Shown piece by piece: positions 1 through 8,182 of a stretch of 64,000 nucleotides of DNA. The notes beneath the pieces are model-generated. The model was given only the letters and a program-made list of their open reading frames with translations, was not told where the DNA came from and did no database searches. Both the position numbers and the translations under genes were made by a program. This stretch comes from an uncultured archaeon. Lineage in GTDB: Archaea > Asgardarchaeota > Thorarchaeia > Thorarchaeales > Thorarchaeaceae. The stretch spans positions 8,903 to 72,902 of the forward strand of contig CAYYQL010000006.1 in the NCBI GenBank assembly GCA_964473825.1. Reading direction: 5' to 3'. How positions within the stretch are numbered: the stretch's first letter is position 1; every line of letters begins with the position of its first letter.

Positions 1-619
1 GGGAATCAGGCTTCGGATGTCTCGGCCCTCGTACAATCGCGAGATACATCCCACTGGGATTCAGATAACTAGCAACAGAGTGAATGTATTTCTTCCTGAG
101 ACTCGAAGGTAGTGTCTGTAGAAAGGATCTCTCGAAGACATAGTCGTATTTGGAATAAGGTAATTCAACATCATCCATGAAATCGCCGACTATGGTATGA
201 ATCGAGATGTTCATCTTCTCGGCGTTCTCTCGGATCTTGCTGATAGCTGCTGAGGAGATGTCTACTGCAGTAACATCGAAACCCCTTGCAGCCAGAAAGA
301 GAGCATTCTCCCCGTTACCTGCCCCGGGCTCTAGCAACGTACCCGGAGTGATCGCTTCATTCTTCGTGAGGCTCACTACTACCGGATGAGGGAGACCTGT
401 TGACCAGGGTAGTTTTTCTCGTTCGTAGGCGATTGCGTTTGCCATGAATGCCATGCATGAATAGTGGGCAAGCCCTTCTTCTCCAGTCATGTCCGCCACC
501 CAGCCCCTGACGGATACCGGCGGATCCTCCCCTGTGAAGGGGGCATCACAGAGAACACATCGCCCTTTGTTTTCGTGGTTCATCTTAGCTCTTTCCAAGT
601 CACGGGTTGCTGTAGACAT
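1..619 (-). CDS. Class I SAM-dependent methyltransferase (TehB/TPMT-like); the C-terminus runs off the window start
   Basis: This ORF is absent from the ORF track because it is edge-truncated. My minus-strand translation from the ATG at 619-617 reads MSTATRDLERAKMNHENKGRCVLCDAPF...LEPGAGNGENALFLAARGFDVTAVDISSAAISKIRENAEK...FERSFLQTL. That shows a Gly-rich SAM motif I followed by an acidic motif II. The frame stays open to position 1. Confidence 0.7.
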   Translation of the reverse strand, partial: MSTATRDLERAKMNHENKGRCVLCDAPFTGEDPPVSVRGWVADMTGEEGLAHYSCMAFMANAIAYEREKLPWSTGLPHPVVVSLTKNEAITPGTLLEPGAGNGENALFLAARGFDVTAVDISSAAISKIRENAEKMNISIHTIVGDFMDDVELPYSKYDYVFERSFLQTLPSSLRKKYIHSVASYLNPSGMYLAIVRGPRHPKPDS

Positions 620-917
620 TTGAACAAGAACGCGGCGCCCTTATAGATACATGGGCGAGTTACGGAAAATAGTGAGGTTCGGCCTTTTTTCTTCCAACCT
701 TTCCAAATCGCTTCCCTGGTATTGAACACTCTCCTGACAGACTATCATGGTAGTACACGGGGCACGGTCATATAGATGAGCTCATGGAGTTTCAAAAGAT
801 TCTGGCGCGGATCAGGAGGGTCTAGAATCATAATGACAGGTATCCACACAAGGAAAACCATTTGTAACTTCGTGTGCAACACACCCGGGATTATCTGCTG
901 AACGATGAGGGTGTCAT

Positions 918-1919
918 TTGAGCCGTAGAGTACTAATCAGTTACGCAATCAGAGCAATCGGGCTGTTCTTATTCGTCTACATAGTCATGAGTATAGACAT
1001 TCAGCAAATGGTTGCAGTGGCACTTGATTTGGACTTGGTTGTGATCCTCGTGGTGATGTCGATTGTCGCCACTATAGTTATTCTGAGAGGCATAAGGTGG
1101 CAGGTTCTTGGTGAAGAGATGGGATTGAGTTTCACAAGAAGAGAGGCTGTTGATGCGCTCTGTGTGTCTCAAGTGACTGGTCTGGTCCTGCCCGGAGCCC
1201 TTGGGGATCTGATTCGCGTTCCCTATCTTACTTCAAGGGGAAATTCCACGGATGTCGCAACTCTCAGCATTCTTGTAGACGCAATCACAGCATCCGTCAT
1301 TCCCTATTCCGTGGCCATACTTGCCCTCATGCAGATCTTTGAAATCCCTGTCACTGTGAGTTCGCTTCTGATTCCTGTTCTCTGGATTGCAGGACTTTAT
1401 CTAGTGTACAGGATTCTGAAGGCAACATTGTGGCCATGGATAGTAACGGCACGGCTCAGGAAACTGATGACATCCGGAATCACTGGCAACGTTCTCTTCG
1501 ATATACCTACCACAATCCGGTCTATCGGACTGAAGAAGACAGGACTTGCGATAATCCTGGCAGCAAGCTCGTGGTTTCTGTATACGGTACAAGGATACCT
1601 CCTCGCAACTGCCATGGGGTTGAATATAACATGGGACTATCTTGCAATCTCTCTTAGTGTTTCAATAATGCTCACAGCAATTCCCGTTTCGATAGTTGGT
1701 CTGGGAATTCGAGAGGGGACTCTGCTGTTTATGTTTGGACTTGTGGGCATTGAGGCGGTGACCACGGTTGCATTCTCACTTACTCTTCTCGTGACATCTC
1801 TGATTCCTTCCATCGCAGGTATCATCAGCTGGATGAGAGACCCGTTCCTAGATGCGGAGACCCATCCCATGAATCTCTCACTAGGAGCAAGTCCTCCAGT
1901 CAATTGCGAACAAGAGTAA
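918..1919 (+). CDS. Polytopic membrane protein, UPF0104 / lysyl-PG-synthase-TM-like (flippase-like) family
   Basis: 333-aa ORF with a TTG start and about 8 hydrophobic spans. The LRGIRWQVL motif after the second span and GLGIREGTLLF near the C-terminal helices resemble this family. Confidence 0.6.
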   Translation: MSRRVLISYAIRAIGLFLFVYIVMSIDIQQMVAVALDLDLVVILVVMSIVATIVILRGIRWQVLGEEMGLSFTRREAVDALCVSQVTGLVLPGALGDLIRVPYLTSRGNSTDVATLSILVDAITASVIPYSVAILALMQIFEIPVTVSSLLIPVLWIAGLYLVYRILKATLWPWIVTARLRKLMTSGITGNVLFDIPTTIRSIGLKKTGLAIILAASSWFLYTVQGYLLATAMGLNITWDYLAISLSVSIMLTAIPVSIVGLGIREGTLLFMFGLVGIEAVTTVAFSLTLLVTSLIPSIAGIISWMRDPFLDAETHPMNLSLGASPPVNCEQE

Positions 1920-2033
1920 GAGCTGTCATGGCGATAGAGATTGCGAGAAAGCACCTATTTGCTAACGAAGACAGGGCTTCCATAGACAGGAGGTTTCGCC
2001 TTCACGAGATTTCCCGGGAGGTTACTGGAGCAG

Positions 2034-2451
2034 ATGGAAATCCGACCGATGAAGAAGAACGACATTCCTTTCGCGATGAGGCTGACAATCTCAGAGGGCT
2101 GGTCAAGCATTCCACTGGATTTTGGGGGCCTCTTGAGATACGATTCCACTGCAGCATTTGTGCCTGAGAAAAGAAATGAGAGACTTGGCATGGTGAGCGC
2201 AGTCTCATACGGCTCCTTTGGATTCATGGGGAATCTGATTGTGGAGAAGGAGCAAACGGAACAGATGCTTGGGATGTGTCAAATCAAAGCAGTGAGCTAT
2301 AGCGGTAAACATTCTAGATGAAACTGAAAGGCAGCGAGATATGAACAGATTTGTGGTTTCCGAGATTCGTTTAGATGCCTTCGTTGCAGAAGTATCAGGC
2401 CTCTATCAAATTGGCCAGCATACAGCGAACGGGGACACAATTTCAGTATAG
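2034..2451 (+). pseudogene. Decayed GNAT-family N-acetyltransferase
   Basis: The N-terminal part is GNAT-like (MEIRPMKKNDIPFAMRLTISEGW...GMVSAVSYGSFGFMGNLIV). The acetyl-CoA R/Q-x-x-G-x-G/A motif is missing and the frame stops at 2321. A separate short frame at 2341-2451 (MNRFVVSEIRLDAFVAEVSGLYQIGQ...) resembles a GNAT C-terminal strand/helix. Confidence 0.4.
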
Positions 2452-2614
2452 GTGTTTGTGAGAATTAGCAGGAAATAATTGATAGAAGTACTCATGTGGC
2501 TTCCCACGCGAGTACTTCTTCTCGGGTGATTACGTCTTCATGACGTTCTGAAGATGAGTCGCGCGCTTCTGTGGCAGATGCTCTTAGTTGATCAATGTCG
2601 TTATTCAAGGTCAT

Positions 2615-2707
2615 CTACCTGTACAGATACGAGTAGGCAAGCGCCTGTGTTGACACTTCCTTCTTGTCCTTCTTTGGTCCGATTACACAGTCATTGTTGG
2701 TGGTCAA
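2615..2707 (-). CDS. Micro-ORF c of a three-member paralogous small-peptide family (no ATG; TTG or GTG start possible)
   Basis: My translation reads (L)TTNNDCVIGPKKDKKEVSTQALAYSYLYR*. The C-terminal VST-Q-A-L-A-Y-S-Y-L-Y-R matches copies a and b, with synonymous and conservative codon changes. Confidence 0.25.
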   Translation of the reverse strand: MTTNNDCVIGPKKDKKEVSTQALAYSYLYR

Positions 2708-2712
2708 CTCGT

Positions 2713-2811
2713 CTACCTCCGGTATGCAAATGCATAGCCAACAGCCTCAGTTGAAACAGCTATGGCCCTGTTCAGTTTTGCGTCGGACTCGTTTCTTGTG
2801 AAATGTGCCAA
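2713..2811 (-). CDS. Micro-ORF b of the paralogous small-peptide family (TTG start only)
   Basis: My translation reads (L)AHFTRNESDAKLNRAIAVSTEAVGYAFAYRR*. It aligns without gaps over 28 aa with copy a. It lies in frame with copy a, after a TAG-TAG double stop. Confidence 0.25.
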   Translation of the reverse strand: MAHFTRNESDAKLNRAIAVSTEAVGYAFAYRR

Positions 2812-2817
2812 CTGCTA

Positions 2818-2922
2818 CTACCTCCGGTATACATAGGCGTAGGCAACAGCCTCGACCTTCATCATTCGCGAGTCCAGATTCTTTCCAAGTGATTCCTTTC
2901 GGGTGTTCTTTGCTAGTGCCAT
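2818..2922 (-). CDS. Micro-ORF a of the paralogous small-peptide family (34 aa, ATG start)
   Basis: My translation reads MALAKNTRKESLGKNLDSRMMKVEAVAYAYVYRR*. On the minus strand, upstream of this ATG, lie a 7-1-7 palindrome (2941-2955) and a TATA-like TTTATATTGG (within about 2983-2996). Confidence 0.3.
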   Translation of the reverse strand: MALAKNTRKESLGKNLDSRMMKVEAVAYAYVYRR

Positions 2923-3413
2923 TGTTTTTCACCATTTTTAGTTTGTTAAACAAACTATTCTTACGGTATTAGTTGTATACCTTTACCAATATAAAGGTTT
3001 GCCTACCAAACTATCTATGCCCATATTGGTACATATGATGCACCTTAAACAGATTATACATTTATACATTGAACTGAAACTTGAACTGTCTGCAACCACA
3101 CAATCAGTTAGATGATCCAAGCACTCTGTGAGTCATCAGCACTCGTCGTGTGCCAGACTTGAGAGGGACAGAGGTCTCGAATCGCCACGAAATTAAGATA
3201 CTCCAATCAGAACTGTCTAGATCTGCAAAGGAAAGCGGAATCCATTTGGTCTATGGATCATCTTTTTCGCAGAGTGGTTTGTAATTGAGAACCGACACCA
3301 CCTAGGACATGCCGCCTTCCTCGATGCAAGTGAGGAGAGTATTCATACATAGCCGTTCAAGACATGGTTTATCGAATCAACTGCTTGCCGCTATATAGTT
3401 TGATACGCAAACG

Positions 3414-3422
3414 TTTATATTT
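3414..3422 (+). promoter_or_regulatory. TATA-box-like element upstream of the wHTH regulator gene
   Basis: AAACGTTTATATTT lies about 60 nt upstream of the start at 3482. A GGTGA Shine-Dalgarno-like element sits immediately before the ATG. Confidence 0.4.
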
Positions 3423-3481
3423 GGAGCTGCAGACCTATACAGCTGTACAGAAGACTGTTCTGTAGTAGTTCCAGCGGTGAG

Positions 3482-4237
3482 ATGCGAATGAATGAAGAAG
3501 AAATCACCGACTCGTTGAAGAGCGCGGATGAGATTGAGTTCTACGACAGGGGAAAGATCCAGAACGAGCTCATATTTATCACGCAGGATGATAAGATGCA
3601 GGCTCTAGACGACCCTGTTCGGTTAGCCATAGTCACCGTTCTTCGCAAAGGCGTCCCTGACACCCTTACCACGAAGAGAGTAGATGAGGAAACAGGAGAT
3701 ATAATCATACGACAACGCGAAGTGCAGCGTCATGCACTATCAGTAGTTGAAATAGTCAAGATGTCACAGGAGCATCGCGATGTGGAAGAGATAACAAAGA
3801 ACCAAGTCTATCACCATCTCCCAAAGCTTGAAGACGCCGGTCTGGTTGTGAAATATTGCACGGCGAGAACTGGGAAACGGACTACGGACTATTATCGGCG
3901 CACGGCCAAGGGCTTTGTGATTGCTGCCGGCTTTCTATCAGCCGACAAGAAACAGCGAGAAAAGAAGTTGGACTTGCTTGTTGAGAGACTGGACAAGGTT
4001 TTCGGGGTAGAACTCTCCGAGGAGGAGGCCGGCGAAGTGGAGCGCCTCATAAGAGAGGAATGGGAGATTGAAACCAAGGGACGATCCAAAGTGGCAAACA
4101 TGATTTGCGGGGACGTTGTGGACAGCGACGTTCTGGATCTGTACAATTACCTGGTCGACTTGTGGTCCTTAAAGAATGAGCGGCTTCTTGAAATCAAGGA
4201 GAAGCTACGAAGTATAGTCTTCTCTGAAAGCGAGTGA
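3482..4237 (+). CDS. ArsR-like winged-helix transcriptional regulator with a C-terminal coiled-coil region
   Basis: LDDPVRLAIVTVLRKG ... SVVEIVKMS ... ITKNQVYHHLPKLEDAGLVVKY is an ArsR/SmtB-type HTH plus wing. The C-terminal roughly 90 aa are charged and helical. Confidence 0.6.
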   Translation: MRMNEEEITDSLKSADEIEFYDRGKIQNELIFITQDDKMQALDDPVRLAIVTVLRKGVPDTLTTKRVDEETGDIIIRQREVQRHALSVVEIVKMSQEHRDVEEITKNQVYHHLPKLEDAGLVVKYCTARTGKRTTDYYRRTAKGFVIAAGFLSADKKQREKKLDLLVERLDKVFGVELSEEEAGEVERLIREEWEIETKGRSKVANMICGDVVDSDVLDLYNYLVDLWSLKNERLLEIKEKLRSIVFSESE

Positions 4238-4286
4238 TGTCAGTAGTCTATGAGAGCAGATATCGACTGTCTGCTGATTCTCTCAA

Positions 4287-4523
4287 TCAGCATTCGGCGC
4301 ATATGTTTGTTTCCGTTTCGAGTACTCCCTCAATGGTTCTCAGTTTATCTACGACAAAGTTGCCCATGGCCTCATTACTCTTGAATTCTCCTTTAACAAT
4401 CAAATCATAGGCCCCAAAGAGGATGAAGGCCTCCAAAATTTCATCAAGACTCTTAATCTCATCAAGTATCTCCTTGTTTCGATCAGGCCTGACCTTAAGC
4501 ATGATGTAGGCATGTAGAGACAT
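4287..4523 (-). CDS. Stand-alone Lrp/AsnC ligand-binding (RAM) domain protein
   Basis: The 78-aa product HAYIMLKVRPDRNKEILDEIKSLDEILEAFILFGAYDLIVKGEF...IEGVLETETNI has the typical beta-alpha-beta-beta-alpha-beta RAM pattern. Confidence 0.75.
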   Translation of the reverse strand: MSLHAYIMLKVRPDRNKEILDEIKSLDEILEAFILFGAYDLIVKGEFKSNEAMGNFVVDKLRTIEGVLETETNICAEC

Positions 4524-4599
4524 CTGGTCACACTCTTCTCAAGAATTGGAACAGCATGAGAGGTTCCTCTTTATTACTGTTGCAGTGTCAAGACCGATC

Positions 4600-4971
4600 T
4601 CACATAGAGCCCTTGAGTCCAATGGCGGTCATCTCAAGATCTACGATGGTCAAATCAGGAACCGCGCTTTTATCAACCCACGCGATGACCCATGTGTCAC
4701 CGATGACCCGCGCCATCATCAGGTGCCCGTTCTTATCACCTGCAGTTCCGACATAAAGATGTTCATCGTTTATCACGGCACTGTATTCGGTGTCACCAAG
4801 TGTGATGTTGGATCCGGTTCTCAAGGAGTCATGAATCCGTTCAATCTCGCCTACTAGATTCCAATTGGATGTCTGCCAGATTACCTTTGAGTCGGTACTG
4901 ACTGCAAACGCTTGGAACTTCGGGTTGTTATGGTAGAGAGAGTTCCAAGCCTTGTCGATAGCTGACTCCAA
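4600..4971 (-). CDS. Profilin-like protein (paralogue 1, TTG start)
   Basis: The 123-aa product has N-terminal helix AIDKAWNSLY, then AFAVSTDSKVIWQTSNW, EYSAVINDEHLYVGTAGDKNGHLMMARV, TWVIAWVDKSAVPD and a C-terminal helix ending GLKG. This is the same fold-order pattern as eukaryotic and Asgard profilins. Confidence 0.65.
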   Translation of the reverse strand: MESAIDKAWNSLYHNNPKFQAFAVSTDSKVIWQTSNWNLVGEIERIHDSLRTGSNITLGDTEYSAVINDEHLYVGTAGDKNGHLMMARVIGDTWVIAWVDKSAVPDLTIVDLEMTAIGLKGSM

Positions 4972-5061
4972 GTTTCATCCCCAGTTTCTATTATGTGCAG
5001 TATTGAAGGGAATCGGAAACGAGTTCAACGAGAAGAAATCCAGCCCGAGAATCCCTCGAGA

Positions 5062-5442
5062 CTAGATCTTCCCTTTGAGGGACTTGGCTGCACGATCCAC
5101 GTCGACGTAAATCCCATCAGGTGATGCATTGGGGTCAGCCCATGCAACCACAAACTTCTCGCCCTCAATCTTCGCCAACACAAGGATACCATTCCCAGAG
5201 ACGCTTCGAGCAACCAGGCTGTCTGGCGTTGTCCTGAGTGTGCTATACTTGACTTGGTTCTGAACTACTGATGTGGCATTGTTCTTGACAGCCGAACCTA
5301 GGGCTGTGGCGTCTTCTGCTAGGTCCCAATTGTCACTCTGCCATAACACGTTACCTGATGTCGTTATTACACCGAAGGCCTGAACCATCTCTTTCGAGTC
5401 GTTGTACGCTTGCGTATATGCTTCCATAACTGGATCTGCCAT
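5062..5442 (-). CDS. Profilin-like protein (paralogue 2)
   Basis: The 126-aa product has MEAYTQAY, AFGVITTSGNVLWQSDNW, VKYSTLRTTPDSLVARSVSGNGILVLAKIEGEKFVVAWADPNASPD and AAKSLKG. It is colinear with paralogue 1 and with the profilin consensus (W/Y..Y, KY..R, G.G, C-terminal helix). Confidence 0.7.
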   Translation of the reverse strand: MADPVMEAYTQAYNDSKEMVQAFGVITTSGNVLWQSDNWDLAEDATALGSAVKNNATSVVQNQVKYSTLRTTPDSLVARSVSGNGILVLAKIEGEKFVVAWADPNASPDGIYVDVDRAAKSLKGKI

Positions 5443-5555
5443 TCTGCATTCACCCCGATTCAGTCTAACTGTCGGTCTATGGGCAAGAAGAACATTGATT
5501 CCATTTTAACTTAATCGCGATAGCCTCCTCCGACTTCCGATAGCATAATAGTGGA

Positions 5556-5885
5556 GTGTCATCTCAATCAGAAAGAGTAAGAATGAATGACGAAGCTATC
5601 TGGGAAGGTGAGGCCGGCACCTTTGTCAGGGTTGTTGTGAAGACGCAGTCAAGAGAGGAGGAATTCGTGGCTGACATTTCACCAGGCTTCATTGAAGTGA
5701 ATCTCCGTAGTGCGCCCCGAAAGGGAAAGGCAAACAGGGAGCTCTTGAAGCAGTTCTCTGATCTTTTTGACTGCTCCACATCAGAAATCGTGATTGCATC
5801 AGGTCATAGGTCGCGGGAGAAGGTACTTCTTCTTTTAGGACAGCACGCTGAAGAAGTCAGAAAGACCCTGGTCGAAAACGTATAA
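5556..5885 (+). CDS. DUF167 / YggU (UPF0235) family protein
   Basis: VNLRSAPRKGKANRELLKQFSDLFDCSTSEIVIASGHRSREKVLLL matches the family's P..GKAN..L...L......V.I..G..SR.K signature. Confidence 0.75.
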   Translation: MSSQSERVRMNDEAIWEGEAGTFVRVVVKTQSREEEFVADISPGFIEVNLRSAPRKGKANRELLKQFSDLFDCSTSEIVIASGHRSREKVLLLLGQHAEEVRKTLVENV

Positions 5886-5899
5886 ATGACACAGTCACT

Positions 5900-8182
5900 G
5901 TGCCAGAGCAACCTCGACATGCTTCGGTACAATCTCGTAACTTCCACCTTGGCCATCGAACCCGGAGGCTTCATCGACTGACCGAGAGAACTCAATCTAC
6001 GCTAAGACTGCTTGCAGGACTATATGGAGCCTGCCTCTTCTATGTAGTTCTGGTGATGTTTGAGGGGAGATGGCAAGATCCCGCGATACTCGTGGCACTG
6101 ATGATCAATGTTTTGCTTCTTCTCTCCTCCATTGCTGGACGACATGTCACCAAGAGGAGACTGGCGGCCATCATTGCAGTGATGGGGGGCTATACGGTCG
6201 TTTCTGTAGCAATCGGCAATCTCTCTGAGGTTGTTATCATGACCTCGGGGGGGCTGGCATTGTACGGTGGTATGATGAGTGAGCCGCGGTTCCCCTTGAC
6301 AAGGCGGGCCATGACAACAGGTATTGCTGTCGCAGTCATAATGACGTTTCTGGGGATATACCTAGCCCTAAAAATTGGAGTAGTCTACTTCGTTGGTGCC
6401 GAGATGCTGGGCGCGATAATCCTCAGCGCCAATGGTCGATATACCAAAGAAGAGAATACGGTGGTGGTTGCGATAGCTAATACCTCGGCTATGGTCGCGG
6501 TTGGCGTTCTCATCACGTTTCCAGTAATAGCAATATTCCAGCCCACGATAGCTCCCATACTCATAACCTATCCATTCATTGCGTTTGTCACTGGAACAAG
6601 TGCAACATTCGGTCTCATTCTTCTTCTGCCCTTCCGCGATCGGTTCGAAAATGAAAGATGGCCCCAGGTCAGACCACAAGCTCAGTGTATAATCTCTCTT
6701 GGTGAAGATGCTGAAGCAAGAAAGAACGTGGGAAAAGGGCTAGTCGCTTCAGCCGGTTGGGTAGGGGCAACGAGAGTGGCCGAATATGCAACAGGAGCAA
6801 GTCTGAGCTCACTGCCTCACGCTCTTGGACCAATAGTTCCTGACGCGGCCACAATACCTGATTGGATAGGTGTGTCAAATTCGCCTCTAATTGGAGCCAT
6901 CGGGTTCTTTGTGGGCTGGAAAAGAGCAATTGTTCTCGCCCTCGGAAGCCTCGTTTCGTTCTTGATATGGATGATTCTCGAAGGAGCCGCCCTCATTACA
7001 TTCGGGGCACACTTGAGTAGACCGGAGATTCTGTATCTAGCCCTTGGTGTATTTGCCAGTGTCATTCTAAGTGACGTTCTCGTACGAGGAAGAAAAAGAA
7101 AATCAAGGCAATCAGACAGCGACCAGCTGGCTGAGGAGATGTGTCATGCAGAGCCCATGGGTGATGAAGAGGATAGGCCCTCCCAACTGGCAAGGATTGG
7201 TAGAGTCAGGGAGGAGATGTTCTCGTTAGAGGCCTTCAAGTATGAGATTCGTCAAATGATTCAGAACCCGAAAGAGTATCTGAGAACGCGACGTGGGCAG
7301 CTGCCGCCTTGGATTGCATTTATCTCTCTGGCGCTCTATGCGATAACTGGCATCATGGTGTTTTCTTTACTGAGACCGTTTCCAGCAATCGAGATTCACT
7401 GGCTGCTGTTCATTCTCGGAACTCCACTAGCAATGATTTCAGCCTACTTCACTGCACGAGCAATCAGTGAGACTGGCATGCTCGCGGGATATATTTCAGA
7501 TGCCGTGGCAATTCCGGCCGTCTTGTTCTTCAGGGCCTCATTTCAAGCGATCACCACCTTCATGTCCATGCTTGGAGCACTCCAAGATGCAGCGATTGCA
7601 TTGCTTGCTCAGTTGAAACTGGGTAGAATGACTGGGGTCAGAGGAAGAGACATATTCAAAGCAGTTGCCATCGGCGTGACAGTGGGGACGTTTGTAGGAT
7701 CGCTGATAACCTACATGATATACATCACATATGGTTTCGGTACAGCTGATTTTCCAAGTCCTGCAGCCCAGCTATTCGGTTTCTTGATAATTGGTCTAAG
7801 GGGAATAGGAGAATTCCAGATGCCCGGACTCGATGAATTCCCAACATTACACCCTGCAATTGGACTTGCATATCTCCTGGGCTTCGGTGTGTTGGGTTTT
7901 CTCTTGGGACGCGAAGTGAACAAGCGAGAGATGAGTGCAATGAGTCTTGCAGTGGGCTTACTCATTCCGCCAGCAACATCAGTCACAATATTGATTGGTG
8001 GTCTTATAGATTACCGCCTCAAGAAAATGAGGGACAGAATCCCCGAAAGTGATCAGGATAGACAATCCCGTCATGAGGGGACACGAGAGAGAGATAGCAG
8101 ACTCCTCAGTGGTGTTCTCGCAGGAGAAGCAATTGTAACAGTTATCTGGGTCTTCTGGAGTGCCATTGCTCTATTGTTCTAG
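5900..8182 (+). CDS. OPT-family oligopeptide transporter-like membrane protein (start uncertain)
   Basis: 760-aa polytopic ORF. LTRRAMTTGIAVAVIMTFLGIYLALKIGVVYFVGAEMLGAIIL resembles the N-terminal OPT signature (LT.RA..G......YL.LK.G). It has a central charged loop and a second TM bundle. The GTG at 5900 may be upstream of the real start. Confidence 0.6.
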   Translation: MPEQPRHASVQSRNFHLGHRTRRLHRLTERTQSTLRLLAGLYGACLFYVVLVMFEGRWQDPAILVALMINVLLLLSSIAGRHVTKRRLAAIIAVMGGYTVVSVAIGNLSEVVIMTSGGLALYGGMMSEPRFPLTRRAMTTGIAVAVIMTFLGIYLALKIGVVYFVGAEMLGAIILSANGRYTKEENTVVVAIANTSAMVAVGVLITFPVIAIFQPTIAPILITYPFIAFVTGTSATFGLILLLPFRDRFENERWPQVRPQAQCIISLGEDAEARKNVGKGLVASAGWVGATRVAEYATGASLSSLPHALGPIVPDAATIPDWIGVSNSPLIGAIGFFVGWKRAIVLALGSLVSFLIWMILEGAALITFGAHLSRPEILYLALGVFASVILSDVLVRGRKRKSRQSDSDQLAEEMCHAEPMGDEEDRPSQLARIGRVREEMFSLEAFKYEIRQMIQNPKEYLRTRRGQLPPWIAFISLALYAITGIMVFSLLRPFPAIEIHWLLFILGTPLAMISAYFTARAISETGMLAGYISDAVAIPAVLFFRASFQAITTFMSMLGALQDAAIALLAQLKLGRMTGVRGRDIFKAVAIGVTVGTFVGSLITYMIYITYGFGTADFPSPAAQLFGFLIIGLRGIGEFQMPGLDEFPTLHPAIGLAYLLGFGVLGFLLGREVNKREMSAMSLAVGLLIPPATSVTILIGGLIDYRLKKMRDRIPESDQDRQSRHEGTRERDSRLLSGVLAGEAIVTVIWVFWSAIALLF

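Noticed and set aside
1904-2167. 87-aa plus-strand ORF overlaps the end of the membrane gene and the start of the GNAT remnant.
   Set aside because: It overlaps two better-supported frames. Its sequence is charged and featureless.
2615-2855. Three repeats of about 36 nt with about 100-nt periodicity could be a mini-CRISPR or a protein-binding array.
   Set aside because: The units are not identical. Their differences follow a codon pattern on the minus strand. The spacing and length do not fit CRISPR, and no cas genes are nearby. I report them as micro-ORFs instead, with the DNA-site alternative noted there.
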